Below are positions 24,535 to 29,150 of a DNA stretch of 29,150 bases, in pieces; position 1 is the first letter of the stretch; the number at the start of each line of letters is the position of its first letter. Origin of the DNA: Candidatus Saccharimonadia bacterium (GTDB taxonomy: Bacteria > Patescibacteriota > Saccharimonadia > Saccharimonadales > Saccharimonadaceae); NCBI GenBank assembly GCA_023257055.1, contig JALRDG010000043.1:1-29150 (forward strand). Reading direction: 5' to 3'. A program made the translations under genes and the position numbers. The notes beneath the pieces were generated by a model. That model was not told the DNA's origin. It saw nothing but the letters and a program-made list of their open reading frames with translations, and did not search any database.

Positions 24535-25089
24535 ATGACACATCGCTGGACAGTATTCGGGATTTTGATGGTCGCAGCTTTGTCGACTCTTCTTATGCTA
24601 CGCGTCGCGTCGGCTGAAACCACTCCACCGGAGTTGAGTCAGCAGAAAATACAGTCAATCCGATCACACTGCGGGTCGATCCGCTCCACGCTTAATCAGC
24701 TTCATACGACAGATGCACTACTTCGAGTGAATCGCGGTCAAATGTATACGTCGCTTTCGACAAATGTCATGGCAAAAATGAATAGCCGCCTCGCCTTGAA
24801 TCGTCTTGATGGCTCAGAATTGGTGCGTGTGACGACGGAATACGAAGAGCATTATAGTGTATTTCGCGAACGATATGAACGATACAACGATCGCATGGAA
24901 GAGCTGAAGAAAATTGACTGTACGCAAAATCCCGAGCAATTTTATGTTGCCTTAACGGATGCTCGTACGCTTCGCACGGAAGTTAATGAGGCGACAAAGC
25001 AATTGAATCGTGACATAGATGCATATCATGGTGCATTTAGTGATTTCCGCACGGACTTTCTTTCTGAGCAAAAGGCCAAGAATGATTAA
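24535..25089 (+). CDS. Hypothetical secreted helical/coiled-coil protein
   Basis: Signal-like N-terminus ending VASA-E, helical composition and two Cys. Start moved to the ATG at 24535 (GATAAT-aagaagt-ATG). Confidence 0.75.
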   Translation: MTHRWTVFGILMVAALSTLLMLRVASAETTPPELSQQKIQSIRSHCGSIRSTLNQLHTTDALLRVNRGQMYTSLSTNVMAKMNSRLALNRLDGSELVRVTTEYEEHYSVFRERYERYNDRMEELKKIDCTQNPEQFYVALTDARTLRTEVNEATKQLNRDIDAYHGAFSDFRTDFLSEQKAKND

Positions 25090-25429
25090 TTCGGTTCTTG
25101 CCTCTATAAAGCAATTCTTGCTTCGTCATCAGCTTGGCGTGATGCTGACTGGATCTATCTTGTTTGCTGTGCTGCTCGTGTACATAGCTCTACTTGCGTA
25201 TGATCGATCCGGTGCATCTAGTCTTGATTTGAGCCATCCAGATTATGATGGGCTTCGCTCGCAAATTACTACCGAGAAACCGGATGAAATTTCGAGTACC
25301 GGCTTAATTACCGAAGAATTCCTCAACGAGTTTGATAAAATATTTTCTGAGCGCGCAAAAGAAGCCAAAGAAATCGATGCATTTGGCGGTAATGTCTTAA
25401 GTGACGAAGCACTTGGTATTACGCAGTAG
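25082..25429 (+). CDS. Hypothetical single-pass membrane protein
   Basis: ATG at 25082 overlaps the upstream stop; TM segment LGVMLTGSILFAVLLVYIALLAY and an acidic C-terminus. Confidence 0.72.
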   Translation: MINSVLASIKQFLLRHQLGVMLTGSILFAVLLVYIALLAYDRSGASSLDLSHPDYDGLRSQITTEKPDEISSTGLITEEFLNEFDKIFSERAKEAKEIDAFGGNVLSDEALGITQ

Positions 25430-26278
25430 CTAGCCGGCGAGCTGAATGTCGTTGGCCTCAAACTCTGTAAGCAAGCGACGACGAAGTTCGTTACTGACAT
25501 CCCATTGATCAGCTGGCTGTGTTTTACTGCTAATAATGATAGTGATGGCGTTGCCAGTAATGTCACTAATAGCTTCATAGGCGGGAGCCTTAATGATTTT
25601 CTTTTTCCAGGCCGGCTCTGCTGCTAGTGCTTCACCTGTAGCATTGACAATTGTAACGACACGGTCGACGTCGACATCTGCCACAAGTTTAAGACTGAGG
25701 CGTGACATACTGTATCCCATTGTCTTGTTAATGACGTGCTGTACGATGCCATTAGGGAGGTAATGAACGTTTCCTTCGACATCTCGTATCATAGTAGAGC
25801 GGGTCCCAATGCGCTCCACGACGCCGTTGGCACCGGAAATCTCCACGACATCACCAACGCGATATTGGTTTTCGGCAATGATAAATATACCTGAGATAAA
25901 GTCCTTTACGAGTGACTGTGATCCGAATCCAAGTGCTACGCCAATAATGCCGGCACTTGCAAATAGGGGTGACAGGTCGACACCGAAGGCACTGGTGAGG
26001 ATAGTTGAAACGAGATAGAACCCGATGAGAATACGCCAGATATTGCGAATGAGTGCCGTCAGGGTGGTGCGGCGCTTTTCTATATCACGTCGGTTCCAGG
26101 CTCGATGTTTAGCCGTGCCATGTATTGCTCGTGCGACAAGTCGATCAAGGATGATGCGACCAATATAATACGCGACAAGTGATCCAATAATAATCCAGAG
26201 CACATCAAGGCCATGTGCTCGAATCCAGTCGTATATTCGTGTTGCTTCAAGAATTCGGTGCAGCAGTTCACTGTTCAT
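25430..26278 (-). CDS. mscS: Small-conductance mechanosensitive channel (MscS/YbiO type)
   Basis: ASAGIIGVALGFGSQSLVKDFISG, ENQYRVGDVVEI, GVVERIGTRST.IRD..G..HY.PNG. Start moved to the ATG at 26278 (TATACT 7 nt upstream). Confidence 0.93.
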   Translation of the reverse strand: MNSELLHRILEATRIYDWIRAHGLDVLWIIIGSLVAYYIGRIILDRLVARAIHGTAKHRAWNRRDIEKRRTTLTALIRNIWRILIGFYLVSTILTSAFGVDLSPLFASAGIIGVALGFGSQSLVKDFISGIFIIAENQYRVGDVVEISGANGVVERIGTRSTMIRDVEGNVHYLPNGIVQHVINKTMGYSMSRLSLKLVADVDVDRVVTIVNATGEALAAEPAWKKKIIKAPAYEAISDITGNAITIIISSKTQPADQWDVSNELRRRLLTEFEANDIQLAG

Positions 26279-26302
26279 TTGTTTTAGTATACCATGAGAA
26301 GT
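26279..26302. promoter_or_regulatory. Overlapping divergent -10 boxes for mscS and trmB
   Basis: 24-bp gap containing TATACT (minus, 26291-26286) overlapping TACCAT (plus, 26290-26295), each 7 nt from its ATG. Confidence 0.55.
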
Positions 26303-26971
26303 ATGACTGACTCCACGCGACCCGAGGTTAACCCGAATGACTACATTATTACTAGAAAACGAAAAAAATATAAATTTGCCAAGTTCTATAATTCTCCACT
26401 GTGTTTTGAATTTGATGAATGGTCTCACCGACCAGCCGATGTGATTGAAATTGGTGCGGGAACAGGATTATTTAGCGTTGAGCAGGCAGCCCTTCATCCA
26501 GCTAAACAGTTTGTCGCTATCGACGTAAAGGCGGATCGTTTACAAAAAGGAGCCTATGAGGCAACGGAACGGGGCTTGACAAACATTACGTTTCTTCGTG
26601 CTCGTGCCGACCAGGTGTTAGAGCTTTTTGAAGCAGACTCGCTTGAGACCATATGGATTACATTTCCTGATCCGTTTCCGAAGAAGCGTTCTGCCGGACG
26701 GCGTCTGACACACCGCGGATATCTGACGAAATATGCCCAGTTACTACAGCCTGACAATGGAAGGCTATGCTTTAAGACGGATGCACGTGAACTGTTTCTG
26801 TGGAGTCTTGAGGAGCTGGTGGCAACAGGATGGCGCGTCAACGAACTGAGCTTCGATCTTCATGAGTCTGGATTGTCAGAAGTATATAAAATCATGACCA
26901 CTTACGAGCATCGTTGGACAAGCGAAGGAATCCCAACAAATTTCGTACAAGCTATGCCACCGTGCCAGTAG
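26303..26971 (+). CDS. trmB: tRNA (guanine-N7)-methyltransferase
   Basis: IEIGAGTG, FPDPFPKKR...RRL, FKTD, IMTTYE. The in-frame ATG at 26294 is an alternative start. Confidence 0.9.
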   Translation: MTDSTRPEVNPNDYIITRKRKKYKFAKFYNSPLCFEFDEWSHRPADVIEIGAGTGLFSVEQAALHPAKQFVAIDVKADRLQKGAYEATERGLTNITFLRARADQVLELFEADSLETIWITFPDPFPKKRSAGRRLTHRGYLTKYAQLLQPDNGRLCFKTDARELFLWSLEELVATGWRVNELSFDLHESGLSEVYKIMTTYEHRWTSEGIPTNFVQAMPPCQ

Positions 26972-26986
26972 CGGTATAATAGAAAT

Positions 26987-27328
26987 ATGAATTTTACGGA
27001 TTATCAGCAGCAAGCAGTTACGACACTTTCAAACGATCACGCCTACGGGACTATTTCCGCGGAACTGATGAGTCAAATTTTAGGGTTGGTTGGCGAAAGT
27101 GGTGAAGTGGCAGAGAAATTTAAGAAGCTACTTCGTGATAATGGCGGTATGATAGATGAAACCGCCAAAGCGGAGATCGCTAAAGAACTCGGTGATATTT
27201 TATGGTATGTCAGTTCGGTTTCGCATTGTCTTGATATTTCTCTCGAAGATATTGCACATAAAAACCTCGACAAGGTGCTGAGCCGTAAGGCCCGAGGCGT
27301 GACGAAGGGAAGTGGGGATAATCGCTAG
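26987..27328 (+). CDS. MazG-like nucleoside triphosphate pyrophosphohydrolase (single domain)
   Basis: MNFTDYQ, LGLVGESGEVAEKFKK, KELGDILWYV, LEDIAHKNLDK...R. Confidence 0.9.
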   Translation: MNFTDYQQQAVTTLSNDHAYGTISAELMSQILGLVGESGEVAEKFKKLLRDNGGMIDETAKAEIAKELGDILWYVSSVSHCLDISLEDIAHKNLDKVLSRKARGVTKGSGDNR

Positions 27329-27340
27329 ACGTTAGTAACT

Positions 27341-27425
27341 ATCACCCTTATGGCACTATGGGGTATATCGCCATAAGGGTGATGCCGGAGCATACGCGGA
27401 GACAATGCCTCACGTATGCTCCGGC
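27341..27425. repeat. Two abutting long inverted repeats (tandem hairpins) between convergent genes
   Basis: atcacccttatggc/gccataagggtgat (14 bp; 27341-27354 and 27370-27383) and gccggagcatacg/cgtatgctccggc (13 bp; 27384-27396 and 27413-27425). Confidence 0.8.
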
Positions 27426-27431
27426 CCTCTA

Positions 27432-28046
27432 CTAGAAGGTGTGCAGGTGGCTCGGGAGGTCGAAGCCGTCAATGTAGCTGTACGGCTTGGCATCCTTAGC
27501 CAAATTGCGCATGAAGCATGGGTTGTCGTGCGGCAGTTGTGACTGCAGCTCGTCGAGCTGATTGCGCCAGTTGAGCGGCAAGACCAGCAGATCGAGATCG
27601 TTGGCGGAAATGCCAGACCAACGCTCGATCGTGTCGGCGTCGATCCTCAGCTGCTTCGCAATGACTGCATTGCGAATGCCCTTATAGAAGTGTACGCCCG
27701 GAAGCTCAATTGTTTCCTGTACGTACTTCGCAGCATTGGTGCCGTAGTGCAGTCTTGCGACCTTCACTTGGTGGTTGATGACGAACTGCGTAACGCGGTC
27801 AATCTCACGCAGGATGCCTTTGGCGAGGCGATCGCCGACGAGAACGATGACATTGTAGTCCGATGTCGTTGTTTCCTCGGCGCGGGCGCGCGAACCGAAC
27901 AGTTCGATACCCTGAACACCGTCAACGAGTGCCGGCAGGGTGCGCGCAAGACGCACGGCCTTGTGGTGGCCAGCTTCGAGCAGCGTTGCGTGGTACTGGG
28001 CGATGTACTGTGACATCTCGTCCGTAATGAGTATGCTCTGCATCAT
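27432..28046 (-). CDS. GC-rich orphan protein with a nucleotidyltransferase (Pol-beta/MNT-like) fold and degenerate metal-binding motif
   Basis: ELFGSRARAEETTTSDYNVIV (GS...DxN in place of DxD) and a later NDLDLLV strand. Has its own TATAAT (minus, 28114-28109) and AAGGTG RBS 6 nt before the ATG at 28046; the GTG at 28055 is an alternative start. Confidence 0.65.
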   Translation of the reverse strand: MMQSILITDEMSQYIAQYHATLLEAGHHKAVRLARTLPALVDGVQGIELFGSRARAEETTTSDYNVIVLVGDRLAKGILREIDRVTQFVINHQVKVARLHYGTNAAKYVQETIELPGVHFYKGIRNAVIAKQLRIDADTIERWSGISANDLDLLVLPLNWRNQLDELQSQLPHDNPCFMRNLAKDAKPYSYIDGFDLPSHLHTF

Positions 28047-28139
28047 GGTATTCACCTTGGGTCAGTAGGGGTAAATGTGCGCTACTGTCGAGATGGGTAG
28101 CTAAGTGGATTATACCATAAACACTATAAAAATGCAATA

Positions 28140-29150
28140 TTAGAGCTGTTTGCGTAGCCAGCTATCAATTGATCCGGCGCCCATGGCAAGAACGAGCTTA
28201 TTATTGGTACGGGCAGATTCGATTGCATGCCATAATTCGTCATTTAGCTCGGCAACCTCAATATGTTCTTTGTTGGTAATATTTTTAATTAATTCTTCCG
28301 GAGAAAGAATAGGTAAGTCGGGGTCTTCACGGCTAAGATAGGTCGGTAACCAGTAGACTTTTTTAGCCAGTTCAAATTGATCGATGTAATCGTCTTTTAT
28401 TTCGTGTTGTCGAACGTTTTGATGCGGCTGATATACCAGGATTACTTCATCGCTTAACTCGCGCGCCATTTGAAGGGTGGCGGCAATTTCGACGGGGTGA
28501 TGACCGTAGTCGCTATAGAGATTGTCGGCGAGTTTTTCGAAACGGCGCTGTGTTCCTGGGAAGCTTGCTAAAGCAGGAACTAACTCCTCGTCAGGACAAC
28601 CTAAGTGCTCCCTGAGTGCCGTACGTACTAAATAGGCATTTTCTCGGTTATGTTGCCCGGCAAGCTTTATTTGACCTACGCGGCCATCACTAACATTAGC
28701 CTTTTTATCAATGATATGGAGTAGTACATCGCTACCTTTAACGACCGAGGTGTCATCGAGGTCTTGCTGGTACATGACGGCCGTACGCGATTGGCGGATA
28801 AAGTCATTAAAAGCCTCGACGTAACTTTGTTCTGTCGGATAGGTGTCTGGGTGGTCGTAATCTATCGTAGTGATGATAGACAGGTGTGGTGAGAAGTGTA
28901 AGAAGTTGCGATCGAATTCGTCGCATTCGTACACGAAATACTCGCTTGCGGAATCGAAGTGGCCACTTGGCCCCCAGGATAGTGTAGTTCCGACGGAGTA
29001 GCTGACTGGAATACCGAGTTGCTTTAGAGTCCAGACGGCCATACCGGTCGTAGTGGTCTTGCCGTGTGTTCCGGCGATGGCAATTAGCTTCAACTGCTTA
29101 TCGGCGATAATGTGTGCTAGTAGTTCGTCACGTTTGGCGGTCTTTATTCC
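28140..29150 (-). CDS. murC: UDP-N-acetylmuramate--L-alanine ligase; 5'-truncated by the window edge
   Basis: Frame is open to base 29150 (GIKTAKRDELLAHII...). IAGTHGKTTTT, YECDEFDRNF, DHPD, GTQRRFE, DYGHHPVEI, YQPH, MGAGSID. Confidence 0.92.
   Translation of the reverse strand, partial: GIKTAKRDELLAHIIADKQLKLIAIAGTHGKTTTTGMAVWTLKQLGIPVSYSVGTTLSWGPSGHFDSASEYFVYECDEFDRNFLHFSPHLSIITTIDYDHPDTYPTEQSYVEAFNDFIRQSRTAVMYQQDLDDTSVVKGSDVLLHIIDKKANVSDGRVGQIKLAGQHNRENAYLVRTALREHLGCPDEELVPALASFPGTQRRFEKLADNLYSDYGHHPVEIAATLQMARELSDEVILVYQPHQNVRQHEIKDDYIDQFELAKKVYWLPTYLSREDPDLPILSPEELIKNITNKEHIEVAELNDELWHAIESARTNNKLVLAMGAGSIDSWLRKQL

Noticed and set aside
26279-26428. N-terminal extension of mscS to 26428
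   Set aside because: It overlaps trmB on the opposite strand, and the ATG at 26278 has a TATACT 7 nt upstream.
27690-28013. 107-aa plus-strand ORF over the nucleotidyltransferase-fold gene
   Set aside because: Long antisense ORFs are expected in GC-rich DNA; the motif, promoter and RBS all support the minus strand.
1-29150. CRISPR array, tRNA/rRNA, IS element or prophage; also TGA recoding (genetic code 25)
   Set aside because: No regularly spaced direct repeats, cloverleaf or rRNA motifs, transposase, integrase or phage genes were seen. TGA ends genes at their expected positions (for example the kinase at 675).

Overview
Gene-dense bacterial chromosome segment (about 45% GC by eye, genetic code 11). 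Gene content and protein style point to a CPR/Patescibacteria genome, most likely Saccharibacteria (TM7); this is an inference, not a database result. About 34 CDS: two histidine-kinase/receiver clusters, a Crp/Fnr-family regulator, a dispersed set of lipid head-group enzymes (CDP-alcohol phosphatidyltransferase, CarS-like CDP-transferase, polyprenyl synthase, PAP2 phosphatase, DAG-kinase family, cardiolipin synthase), general-stress membrane genes (msrA, yihY, yeaQ/ymgE, ytxG/ytxH-like, dsbA, mscS), Mg transporters, housekeeping genes (aspS, mutY-like, trmB, mazG-like, murC), a secreted CBM-esterase and a GC-rich orphan nucleotidyltransferase-fold gene. No rRNA, tRNA, CRISPR array or transposase was seen. 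The strongest hidden signal is non-coding: a CRP/NtcA-like pseudo-palindrome (YGTWA-N6-TYAYW) occurs in four intergenic regions, each time 37-38 nt upstream of a -10 hexamer (class II, about -41.5 geometry). Two of the sites serve divergent promoter pairs. This suggests a Crp/Fnr-driven general-stress regulon whose candidate regulator lies in the same window. Most genes also carry their own -10 box only 6-10 nt upstream of the start codon (short-leader or leaderless transcripts).
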